Made by a program: the position numbers and the translations under genes. From the NCBI GenBank assembly GCA_005223095.1, contig NJBQ01000002.1:1462-65461 (forward strand): 64,000 bases of DNA, in the 5' to 3' direction. Below the pieces are notes generated by a model. The model was not told the DNA's origin and searched no databases. It saw only the letters and a program-made list of their open reading frames with translations. This document shows positions 1-7,629 of this stretch, piece by piece (positions within the stretch are counted from its first letter, which is position 1; each line of letters begins with the position of its first letter). The stretch comes from Candidatus Aerophobetes bacterium Ae_b3a. GTDB taxonomy: Bacteria; Aerophobota; Aerophobia; Aerophobales; AE-B3A.

Positions 1-588
1 TTTGTTTCCTGCGAGTATTCCAATAATCCCTATTATACAAGCAACAGCATTCAATATCAGAAAAATACCCGAAACTTTAGCGAAGTTCCTCTTCTTCAAC
101 AACGCTACCCCAAAGGCAATTGAAGAAACTCCGAGAATAGCATAAGCAAAATTATTAATCACTGAAACAGCTGAACCTTGCCACCCCTGTACCATCTGTC
201 CGAGAAATATATTAAATATAACATCATTATCAGCCACATTTTGATAAGAGAGCACTTTTGGCACGATTATAATCTGAGAGAAATATGAAAACAGATTAAA
301 CATACAATATACCGGAATAAATATAAGTCCAATCATTGACAATTCCGGTTCAGACGATTTGCAATATAAATACAAACCGACAAATAAGATTGTTGCCAAT
401 ATTGTGATAATTACTGCATTTACATATGTCAGATAAAACAGCCAATCCCGACTAGTAACTGAATTGATAGCTTGCTCCTGGGTATCGATTGGGCCAATTC
501 GGGTCATGGACAATACCATTAATACAATCCAAAGAATTGATACAATGAGGCAGACCAGCGATACCTTACCAAACATCTTTGTTTTCAT
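1..588 (-). CDS. Polytopic membrane protein (3' end beyond window edge)
   Basis: Absent from ORF track because it runs off the window. Minus frame checked codon by codon from ATG (rc of 586-588) to base 1 with no stop. AAGGAG 9 nt upstream. MKTKMFGKVSLVCLIVSILWIVLMV... is strongly hydrophobic. Confidence 0.55.
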   Translation of the reverse strand, partial: MKTKMFGKVSLVCLIVSILWIVLMVLSMTRIGPIDTQEQAINSVTSRDWLFYLTYVNAVIITILATILFVGLYLYCKSSEPELSMIGLIFIPVYCMFNLFSYFSQIIIVPKVLSYQNVADNDVIFNIFLGQMVQGWQGSAVSVINNFAYAILGVSSIAFGVALLKKRNFAKVSGIFLILNAVACIIGIIGILAGNK

Positions 589-749
589 AGGTTCTTTCTC
601 CTTATTATTGTATTGTATTATATTTATTTCGTTATATGTCTTCATGTTGACAAAGGTTTTTTAACCATACCACCCAACCATTTCATACAACGGAATTCGG
701 GTTTGCGAAGTTGCGAAGCAACCGCAGAGTTCCGAACCCCGCTCATGAA

Positions 750-1199
750 TCATTTTTCTAATATTTTTTCTAGGTTTTCTCCTTCTTCTTTCATATGTTT
801 TTTAATAGCCTCAACTCTACCCTTGGCAAATTTTGAGAATAACCGACCAAATCTAAAAGAAAGCGTAGCAGTAAAAATACAACTTTCTCCCTTTGGTTCT
901 ATAATAAATGAGCCCTTAGGACAAATAATAGACATTGGAAACAAAAGTTTATATTCAATTTTTCTGTTTGGCTCCGCTTTTGTACCAAGAAACTTCATTT
1001 TATGTAATTCTCCATGTAAATATTCTTCAACATAAAGAATTGATCCTTCCTCAAATGGCTTCCCTTTGAGGGATTGGCATTTTATATGGTCTTTGTGCCA
1101 TTCTTTAAAGTATTCCTCAGAAGAAAATACTTTAATCAAACCACTAAATATTTTTTCTGGTGTTGTTTTTATCTCTATTGAATCCTTTAGTGTAGTCAT
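750..1199 (-). CDS. SRPBCC (START/Bet v 1-like) superfamily small protein
   Basis: 149-aa ORF with GGAGA RBS. Size and beta-rich core followed by a long C-terminal helix (..FIIEPKGESCIFTATLSFRFG..KHMKEEGENLEKILEK) resemble polyketide-cyclase/AHSA1-like proteins. Family call by eye only. Confidence 0.5.
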   Translation of the reverse strand: MTTLKDSIEIKTTPEKIFSGLIKVFSSEEYFKEWHKDHIKCQSLKGKPFEEGSILYVEEYLHGELHKMKFLGTKAEPNRKIEYKLLFPMSIICPKGSFIIEPKGESCIFTATLSFRFGRLFSKFAKGRVEAIKKHMKEEGENLEKILEK

Positions 1200-1444
1200 A
1201 TTTTAATTTCTCCTTCCATATTTCAAGTTAAATTTAAAACGACATAAATATGTTTTGTTTCCAAGTGCTGGGTTCGGAATTTTATATAACGGTTGCGGAT
1301 ATGAGAAGTTGCGAACAAAGTGAGCAATTTGGGTGAGCCACGAGCATTAGGGCAAACCTCATATCCGTTGTTGTGCGAAGTAAACTGCCACTACTTTCTT
1401 TCTTAAGGGTTGTTAGTATAGCAATTAACTCAATCTCCGAATTA

Positions 1445-1906
1445 TTAATTATCGATCTTTTTTTTGGCACGTCGCCTTAATATCCAAATAATGAATGCTC
1501 CGATCACACCTAAAACCGACATGATTGCAGCAAAATATAGCCAACCCCAACTCCAGGGAGTAGAATGCAGTGCTCTGTGTTCTGGTCTTACATCAAAATC
1601 TATCCATGGCCCGACACGCCCAAGCACGAAGATTAGAACACGCGCAGAGTGTAAGATAGCTGCAGCAGCACCGATACGCAATGGAATACGAGCTTTGCTT
1701 TCGTCATTAGTTATCCACCACCTTACTGAACTCAATATGCAACCTGTATCGATCAGTAACTCCACAATGAGTAAGACTGATACCCATAAAACAAGCACGT
1801 CTAATGCTCCTTGAGAAAGCATTGTGATAGTACGGAAAAGCAAAATGCAGGCTCCCAGGATTAGAAGAGAAGCATAAAGACGTTGTTTTGATACATTAAA
1901 ACTCAT
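1445..1906 (-). CDS. Small integral membrane protein (about 4 TM helices)
   Basis: 153-aa ORF with four hydrophobic stretches and a basic C-terminal tail RRRAKKK. No recognisable family. Confidence 0.55.
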   Translation of the reverse strand: MSFNVSKQRLYASLLILGACILLFRTITMLSQGALDVLVLWVSVLLIVELLIDTGCILSSVRWWITNDESKARIPLRIGAAAAILHSARVLIFVLGRVGPWIDFDVRPEHRALHSTPWSWGWLYFAAIMSVLGVIGAFIIWILRRRAKKKIDN

Positions 1907-2275
1907 TTTTCCCCTAAAATTAAATACAAAATATCGTAATAACTAAGTTCTTAATAATCCGGTCTTAACTATTGCGATTGAGTTTAGTAATATCCTGGAT
2001 AACATTACCAGAGGCTGTTTATTTCGCACAACTTAAAATAACCGAATTACTTCGTTTATGCTCCCAAATTAGTGTGTTTTGCGAAGTACTTCGTTTATGC
2101 AGAACCATAGGTGAAGTCTCAAATTGTAATTTTTTGTTATTGTCATCTTGAGGGAAATTACAGATACATCCTCTTTACTCATCCAGAAAAATAGCCAGCT
2201 GGTTTTTTGAGAGGTTTCGCAATTGTAACCACGGTTTTTATGGATGTTAGCGATGCGCATGTTTCGTAATGAGAG

Positions 2276-2699
2276 ATGCTTTTGTGCTTGGGCTGGTATT
2301 ACTGGCGGAGAGGCTGGGACTCCTTCTCCCCAGCTCAGGCCAAAAAACAGTCCACCGGACTGTTTTTCTTTGCGCCCTGCTCTTCACTCCTCCTCCGAAG
2401 CCGGCCGGTCTCACTGTCATTCGCTGCGCTCATTTTCCATCCCCCGGATGCGCTCGACTCGGCTTCGAGTCCCAGCGGATATTAAATGCTGGCGGACGCA
2501 GTTGCAACCAATTCGAACCATTGGCGAGATAACCGCACATATCAAGATACTGCCTACTCAGCAACCTCATTTGTATCAGAAATTATCCAAGAAAGCAACT
2601 CAACTGCGCCTGCTCGAAATGAGCTATGGGCAAATAGCCAGAAGTTTACGCATCGATAGAAAAACTGCCACAAAAGCTTGCGAGCATCAAGGGAGGTAA
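2276..2699 (+). pseudogene. Small C-terminal-HTH ORF of repeat unit copy 1, split and frameshifted by the 180-bp insertion
   Basis: Start MLLCLGWYYW (2276) matches the intact 78-aa ORF of copy 2 but reads into the insert and stops at 2485. The conserved C-terminal part WRTQLQPIRTIGEITAHIKILP..KATQLRLLEMSYGQIARSL..* resumes at 2490 in another frame. Confidence 0.55.
2302..2495. mobile_element. MITE-like 180-bp GC-rich insertion with 7-bp target duplication CTGGCGG
   Basis: Empty site is visible in copy 2 (GGTATTACTGGCGGACGCAG). Copy 1 has CTGGCGG at 2302-2308 and 2489-2495 flanking 180 bp. Subterminal inverted repeats GCTGGGACTC (2313-2322) / GAGTCCCAGC (2467-2476). Internal A-run/stem/T-run hairpin at 2343-2367. 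Confidence 0.6.
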
Positions 2700-2903
2700 A
2701 CCAATGTTCTGGTCCAACATTTCTCCGTTATTGCGAGGATTCAAAGCGACAAAGCAATATCACATACCCAAAGGAAAGATACATTTGAGCTCGGGTTCGC
2801 ATAAGCAAAATTTAGACGACGCAAGGCGTATCTATATACCCGCCGTTACGTGATCTGGCCTTTTCAGTCACTTCTACTCTTGATCAGTCTTGATAGTTAT
2901 TCT

Positions 2904-4031
2904 TCATTTTTCAAACAGATCCAAATATTCTTTATAGACAAATATCCTAGCGTATTTTTTCTCTTTTTCTCGACGATGCAGAAGACCGAGTTCAACGAAT
3001 CTTTTTGCCAATCTATTTGCCGCTTCACGTGAAAGGCCGGTGAATTCTCGAATCTTCCTTACGTTTACCATTGGCAGTTTATAGAGGTTTTTCAACAGCA
3101 CAATAGCATTCCTACTTGCCCTCCCTAGAGTTGATACTGTGTGCAGATCCTTTTCGCGCAAATCAATGATCCTATCCAAAGTTTCGATTGCTTCCTTGGC
3201 GATGCTTATGACACCCTTCAAGAAGAACTCAAGCCATTCTGTAATATTTCCTTTTCTATATTCATCGAGCATCGCAAAATATACTTCACGATGCTTTCTA
3301 AAATATTCTGAGAGGTACAGCACAGGTTTTTCCAGTACCTTCTCCTGGCAAAGGTATAAAGTAACAAGCAATCTTCCTACTCTGCCGTTTCCATCTATAA
3401 AAGGGTGGATTGTTTCAAACTGACTGTGAATTAGGGCCACTTTGATTAAAGCAGGAATGTCTTGGTTCGAATAAAAGAATTCCTCCAAATCCCCCATTGC
3501 TGACACCATATATTTCGGTGGTGGTGGCACAAAACGCGCATCAGCGGGACTTGTGCCCATAACCCAATTCTGACTTCTCTTGAACTCTCCCGGATATGGG
3601 TAGGTTGAACTCCTTGCCTTGCTAAGTAAGACCCGATGGACTTCCTTGATTACCCTCAAAGATAAGGGAAGACTTTCCAACTGTCGTAGGCCTTCATGTA
3701 TTGCATTTATATAATGCAAAATATCATCAACATCATCTGGCAATCCTGTTGTCTTCTCAACTTCTGCTAATAAAGCATCGGTAAGTCTTGCCTTAGTGCC
3801 TTCTATTTGGCTTGAATAGACGGACTCTTTCTTGATATACATAAATATAAAGAAATTAATATCAGGCAGAAGTTTGGCTATGCCATCCAATTTTCCTACT
3901 AATAAATTAGCCTCGGAAAGAAGTCTTATTGTCTGTGCGTTATTATAAGACAGTCCCTTTGGTGGGAATGGCTCGGGGATAAAGGCTTTGAAATTGCCTT
4001 TTTGCTGAATATACCTTCCTATCGTAATCAT
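2904..4031 (-). CDS. Fic family protein (AMPylase-type, class II auto-inhibited)
   Basis: 375 aa. Fic motif HPFIDGNGRVGRLL. N-terminal inhibitory motif SSQIEGT ([ST]xxxE[GN]). C-terminal winged-helix-like tail. GGAGG RBS. Confidence 0.9.
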   Translation of the reverse strand: MITIGRYIQQKGNFKAFIPEPFPPKGLSYNNAQTIRLLSEANLLVGKLDGIAKLLPDINFFIFMYIKKESVYSSQIEGTKARLTDALLAEVEKTTGLPDDVDDILHYINAIHEGLRQLESLPLSLRVIKEVHRVLLSKARSSTYPYPGEFKRSQNWVMGTSPADARFVPPPPKYMVSAMGDLEEFFYSNQDIPALIKVALIHSQFETIHPFIDGNGRVGRLLVTLYLCQEKVLEKPVLYLSEYFRKHREVYFAMLDEYRKGNITEWLEFFLKGVISIAKEAIETLDRIIDLREKDLHTVSTLGRASRNAIVLLKNLYKLPMVNVRKIREFTGLSREAANRLAKRFVELGLLHRREKEKKYARIFVYKEYLDLFEK

Positions 4032-4054
4032 GTCTGTCCTCCAACGATGTCAAC

Positions 4055-4083
4055 ATTATAATAATATAGTTGACATTTGTCAA
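4055..4083 (-). promoter_or_regulatory. Consensus sigma70-type promoter of the Fic gene embedded in GTTGACA heptamer repeats
   Basis: On the minus strand: TTGACA (rc of 4078-4083), 17 nt spacer, TATAAT (rc of 4055-4060), then GGAGG and ATG at 4031. Heptamers TGTCAAC/GTTGACA at 4048-4054, 4069-4075, 4078-4084 (TGTCAAG) and 4089-4095. Confidence 0.6.
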
Positions 4084-4245
4084 GTAGTTGTCAACTTTCC
4101 CCAACAGTAGTATCAGAAGCTTTTGGGTTGAGAGTGAGTAAGGAGGCGATTTCTTCGTTGGTTCCCTTAGCCGTTCTGATTCTGGTAAGTCGTGAATGGA
4201 GAATGACTTCAAGCTTGTTATTGAGGAGGTAGCCTTATGTTGTGG

Positions 4246-5061
4246 CTATTGATGCGTTTCTACAAACCAATCAATCAGTCCTCGAGAAATACTGACTTTG
4301 TCCGGTATGGCAGGGAGGTTATTAGCTGTAAACCAGCCTGCATCCATAACCTCAGTTTTATCGATAGTAATTTCGCCACTCCCATAATCGGCTGTAAAAG
4401 CAACCATAAGTGAATTGGGAAAAGGCCAGGGCTGGCTACCAAAGTAACATATGTTTCCCACCTCTATACCGACTTCCTCCTTAATCTCCCTCCTCACGCA
4501 TTCCTCAAGTGTTTCTCCTGGGTCGACAAAGCCGGCAATAACACTATATAATCCAGGCGGAAAGCGATGGGCGCGGGTAAGAAGTATCTGGTTACCCTTG
4601 AGAATAGCTACTATTATAGCTGGAGATATACGAGGAAAATTTATAAGGCCACATTGAGGGCAGACTTTGGCCCGTTCATTCGGCTTAGTTTGGGTGGGAG
4701 TTCCGCATCGCCCGCAATACTGGTGCGTCTGATCCCAATTCATAATTTGAATAGCACGACCAGATAACCAGAATAGATTTTCTTCCAGCAATCCGAATAG
4801 TGGCCGTAATCCCTGAAAAGCCATACCTTCAGGAGCCGAAGCATTAGCAGCTAATTCTGCCGAATAGCAGGGACGCCCATCTAGTGTGCCAAGATACTGC
4901 TTTCGTATTGGTTGTAGGTTTAGCGATTCCAAATGAGTGGCGCACGGGATAGCAACGGCTTTATCCCTCAATTCAATGAGGAGCTTATCATCACGAAACA
5001 CAAACCACCACGCAGGTTCAGTCTTTTTTGATGATGTCACCACCGCTGGTACAAAACTCAT
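4246..5061 (-). CDS. nudC: NADH pyrophosphatase / NAD-cap decapping Nudix hydrolase NudC
   Basis: 271 aa. Zinc ribbon CGRCGTPT..CPQCG. Nudix box GFVDPGETLEECVRREIKEEVGI. NudC-type N-terminal domain. Confidence 0.85.
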   Translation of the reverse strand: MSFVPAVVTSSKKTEPAWWFVFRDDKLLIELRDKAVAIPCATHLESLNLQPIRKQYLGTLDGRPCYSAELAANASAPEGMAFQGLRPLFGLLEENLFWLSGRAIQIMNWDQTHQYCGRCGTPTQTKPNERAKVCPQCGLINFPRISPAIIVAILKGNQILLTRAHRFPPGLYSVIAGFVDPGETLEECVRREIKEEVGIEVGNICYFGSQPWPFPNSLMVAFTADYGSGEITIDKTEVMDAGWFTANNLPAIPDKVSISRGLIDWFVETHQ

Positions 5062-5240
5062 AGGAAATCCTTTATATATTCAGTACTAAGGGAAAAATTT
5101 GCAGGCAAAAGGGGAAGGTTCCCTCCACGATAACCTTCATATTTATCACAAACCCAATGGTTAACTTTTTCACCAGATGCTACTTTCTTATATATAGTTT
5201 TTCTTTGAGCGCTCTTCATTGACATCTGTCTTTTCATCAT
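5058..5240 (-). CDS. Hypothetical 60-aa protein, stop overlaps nudC start (ATGA)
   Basis: ORF only; 4-nt overlap with nudC suggests coupling. No recognisable motif. Confidence 0.3.
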   Translation of the reverse strand: MMKRQMSMKSAQRKTIYKKVASGEKVNHWVCDKYEGYRGGNLPLLPANFSLSTEYIKDFL

Positions 5241-5354
5241 CTATTCCATCATTTCTCCTCTAAAAGATTAATCTACGCCTATTGGGCAGACCTTCCTGCA
5301 CTCTCGGTAACTCTCGATGAATGTTATCGCGGGAAGATCAGACACACATCCTCT

Positions 5355-5477
5355 TTACTCATCCAAGAAATAACCGGTTCTCTTTTTCAGAATTTCGGCA
5401 ATTTTAACCAAATTTTTTATGCATGGTAGCGATGCGCCTGTTTCGTAATGAGAAATGCTTTTGTGCTTGGGTTGGTA
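5355..5477 (-). pseudogene. 3' fragment of an XRE-family HTH gene (left arm of repeat unit; equivalents in copies 1 and 3)
   Basis: Minus frame reads *YQPKHKSISHYETGASLPCIKNLVKIAEILKKRTGYFLDE*. IS.YE.G...P....L.KIA is the helix3/helix4 signature of HTH_3 (XRE) domains. There is no N-terminal half and no start codon. Copy 1 reads ISHYETCASLTSIKTVVTIAK; copy 3 reads ISRYKTGASLPSIKTLAKSPK. Confidence 0.55.
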
Positions 5478-5691
5478 TTACTGGCGGACGCAGTTGCAAC
5501 CAATTCCAACCATTGGTGAAATAACCGCCCATATCAAGATACTTCCTGTCCACCAACCTTATTTATATCAAAAATTATTCAGGAAAGCAACTCAACTGCG
5601 TCTCTTGGGAATGAGCTATGGGCAAATAGCCAAGAGTTTACACATCAATAGCAAAACTGCCACAAAAGTTTGCAAATACGAAGGGAGATAA
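5455..5691 (+). CDS. Small protein with C-terminal helix-turn-helix (right arm of repeat unit)
   Basis: 78-aa ORF ending KATQLRLLGMSYGQIAKSLHINSKTATKVCKYEGR. Differences from copies 1 and 3 are enriched at third codon positions in this frame (RLL = cgt ctc ttg / cgc ctg ctc / cgt tta tta). Weak RBS; TAA TGA immediately upstream of the ATG. Confidence 0.45.
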   Translation: MLLCLGWYYWRTQLQPIPTIGEITAHIKILPVHQPYLYQKLFRKATQLRLLGMSYGQIAKSLHINSKTATKVCKYEGR

Positions 5692-6282
5692 GCTAATGTT
5701 CTGGCCTAACATTTTCCTGTCATTGAGCGAAGTCTCCTGTCTGTCATTGCCAGCCTGCTAAAGGCAGGCGTGGCAATCTCAGTCATCCAAAGGAGAGATA
5801 TATCTGGGTCCAAGTTCGTATTCTGCACGAAACTGAAAAAGCTATATTGGTTGATAATGGCATGAAAATATGGATCCCAAAATCACGCATATACGGGATA
5901 AGACTAAGGAACAATATCTTTGAGGTTCACGTTAAAGAAAGTACTGTTGCATAGTACTTAGGACTTTATTCAGGATCTTCTACTCCAATAGTTGGGGTTT
6001 TAACTTCTGATCGTTCTTACACGTCCATATTGTATTTGTGCGTTGTGCTAACGACCTTGGTTTGAGTTGCAAAAAACGCTTAAATAAACTTGTTCTTTCC
6101 CAAATAAAATGTCTACGTTTTTTTATTAACTCCAAACTATTGTTATAATTCAACTTTCCAACAATTTATTAATTTCCTATTATGCTATAATAGTATCTTT
6201 TTTCATGTTTATCTGTAAGGGTCAAAATAAAATAGATTAACCAAGAAAGAAATAGAGTTAAAATTATCCAAAAACATTGTAG

Positions 6283-6546
6283 CTAATGCCAAGGTAATTT
6301 TGGCAATCTTTTAAGCAAATTAACAAATCTCTCAAGATTGAATTCCTCTTGTTTCTTCATGATGTCGAATATTTCTGAGGATACAACACATCCAATAAGT
6401 TCCTTGGCTTCCTTTTTGGAATATCCTTCGGATATCAAACGACCTAATGTCTGTTTTGTCTCAGGTGGGTCATTTGTTCGAAGTTGATTATCGACAACTT
6501 GCAGGATAGCAACTTTCAAGCGGAGATTTGTTTCCATAGCAACCAA
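6283..6546 (-). CDS. DUF1841-like small protein
   Basis: 87 aa. VVDNQLRTNDPPETKQTLGRLISEGYSKKEAKELIGCVVSSEIFDIMKK resembles the DUF1841/YecA-associated helical domain as I remember it. Confidence 0.5.
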   Translation of the reverse strand: MVAMETNLRLKVAILQVVDNQLRTNDPPETKQTLGRLISEGYSKKEAKELIGCVVSSEIFDIMKKQEEFNLERFVNLLKRLPKLPWH

Positions 6547-6559
6547 TCTCCATCGTATA

Positions 6560-6694
6560 TTATACGGCCCACATACATCGACAAATACTGCATTTTCTGC
6601 AGTCTAAATCACACCCATATTTCGGATTATCAAGCTCATAAATTAGTAAAGCGGCGAGCACAAACCTGGCTTTGGTAGAAGGCCACTGGCTCAT
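6560..6694 (-). pseudogene. Truncated HicA-like toxin relic
   Basis: ATG overlaps the hicB stop (ATGA at 6691-6694). The first 17 aa, MSQWPSTKARFVLAALL, match the conserved N-terminus of the HicA/YcfA subgroup. The rest (IYELDNPKYGCDLDCRKCSICRCMWAV*) is unrelated and the ORF is only 44 aa. Confidence 0.55.
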
Positions 6695-6906
6695 GCTGAT
6701 ACCGCGAAGAGTTCGTGAAGCTCCGGGATTGCCTCTCCGTGTTCCAAGCGATCTGCAAGCACACGAAGGGCCAAGGCTTCAACTTTAGAAATAGCCTCCT
6801 CCCGGCTTCGACCATAGCCCATAACCCCGGGTAGTTCTCGGACCTCTGTGATCCATCGTCCATCATCTTCATGCTCAATTTCGATATTCATTGCTTGTAC
6901 GTCCAT
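6691..6906 (-). CDS. hicB: HicB-family antitoxin (UPF0150-type)
   Basis: 71 aa. IEIEHEDDGRWITEVRELPGVMGYGRSREEAISKVEALALRVLADRLEHGEAIP is the typical HicB N-terminal fold pattern. Confidence 0.75.
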   Translation of the reverse strand: MDVQAMNIEIEHEDDGRWITEVRELPGVMGYGRSREEAISKVEALALRVLADRLEHGEAIPELHELFAVSA

Positions 6907-6912
6907 CTTCAG

Positions 6913-6941
6913 ATTTTACACATGTAGATCCCAATTGTCAA
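6913..6941 (-). promoter_or_regulatory. Putative promoter of the hicB-like cassette
   Basis: Minus strand: TTGACA (rc 6936-6941), 17 nt, TAAAAT (rc 6913-6918), 6 nt before the ATG region at 6906. Confidence 0.45.
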
Positions 6942-6988
6942 ACTCTATCTTCTCTTGGCTATAATGATACTGCACACTTTTTTAAGAA
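6933..6988 (+). repeat. 57-bp promoter-region repeat, copy a (30-nt perfect core TCTCTTGGCTATAATGATACTGCACACTTT at 6951-6980)
   Basis: Same sequence at 31925-31982 (core 31944-31973). Carries TATAAT on the plus strand and abuts TTGACA on the minus strand. Confidence 0.8.
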
Positions 6989-7348
6989 GAATAATAGTAG
7001 AAATTATTACATACCAAAATCCTGACTAAGACAAGGGAATAATTGGTAGATGGACCGAAAGATTGTTACTAGGGGGACCCTTTAATAGGAATGAAAGAAG
7101 AGAAATTGGGAATACATCCTCTTTCAATCTTGAGACCCCTCTCTTCACCTTATTCATCCAAAAAATACCCAGCTGGTTTTTTGAGAACTTTGGCGATTTA
7201 GCTAAGGTTTTTATAGATGGTAATGATGCACCCGTTTTGTAACGAGAGATGCTTTTTGTTTAGTATTGATTTTTTTGGGCGAGTTGAGTTTGGGTTAAAT
7301 CAAGTGTTCGGATCAATAATATAGCGTTTAGCAGATAGTTTTTCTTTT

Positions 7349-7415
7349 CCCCCTCACCTTATCCCTCTCCCCACAGGAGGGTGCGATTCACGAAATACGA
7401 ACGACGAAATACGAG
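7349..7415. repeat. REP-like element (CCCCTCACC..CCCTCTCCCC-loop-GGAGGG..GATTCACGAAATACGAACGACGAAATACGAG)
   Basis: Same family as 51841-51875 and 59061-59111. Hairpin CCCTC/GAGGG. Tandem AAATACGA motifs. Confidence 0.7.
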
Positions 7416-7419
7416 TTTT

Positions 7420-7629
7420 TGGCGGACGCAGTTGCAACCAATTCGAACCGCCAGCAAAATAACCGCACATATCAAAATATTCCCTGTCCACCAACCCCAT
7501 TTATATCAAAAATTATCCCAAAAAGCAACCCAACTGCGTTTATTAGGAATGACCTATGGGTAAATATCCAGAAGTTTACACATCAATAGGAAAACTACCA
7601 TAAAAGCTTGCAAATATCAAGGGAGGTAA
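7420..7629 (+). pseudogene. Small HTH ORF of repeat unit copy 3 with in-frame stop
   Basis: WRTQLQPIRTASKITAHIKIFPVHQPHLYQKLSQKATQLRLLGMTYG*ISRSLHINRKTTIKACKYQGR*. In-frame TAA at 7561-7563; the N-terminus is lost to the insertion. Confidence 0.6.

Larger units (their letters stand above)
2150..2812 (+). repeat. Composite repeat unit, copy 1 (XRE 3' fragment on minus / junction TACTGGCGG / small HTH ORF on plus / hairpin tail), interrupted by a 180-bp insertion
   Basis: Aligns by eye along its length with 5329-5840 and 7100-7668. Shared blocks include CATCCTCTTT, GATGCGC.TGTTTCGTAATGAGA, GGCGGACGCAGTTGCAACCAATTC, AACTCAACTGCG and GGGAGGTAAACCAATGTTCTGG. Confidence 0.85.
5329..5840 (+). repeat. 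Composite repeat unit, copy 2 (least interrupted copy)
   Basis: Contiguous across the TACTGGCGG junction that is disrupted in copies 1 and 3. Contains the intact 78-aa HTH ORF. The tail carries the palindrome TTGCCAGCCTGC-TAAA-GGCAGGCGTGGCAA. Confidence 0.85.

Noticed and set aside
2495-2535. tRNA-like T-arm on the minus strand of each repeat unit (CCAAT-GGTTCGA-ATTGG followed by TTGCAAC)
   Set aside because: There is no D-arm or anticodon arm. The candidate acceptor pairing is only 5 of 7. The total length is about 65 nt and there is no CCA or discriminator context. It is not a tRNA gene or a convincing tRNA fragment.
2244-2699. 151-aa ORF (and overlapping 87-aa and 69-aa ORFs) that looks like the largest gene in this stretch
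   Set aside because: It is a chimera. Its N-terminal two thirds are read-through of the GC-rich 180-bp insertion in a fortuitous frame, and only the last ~68 codons correspond to the conserved small HTH ORF. The ancestral start at 2276 is in a different frame.
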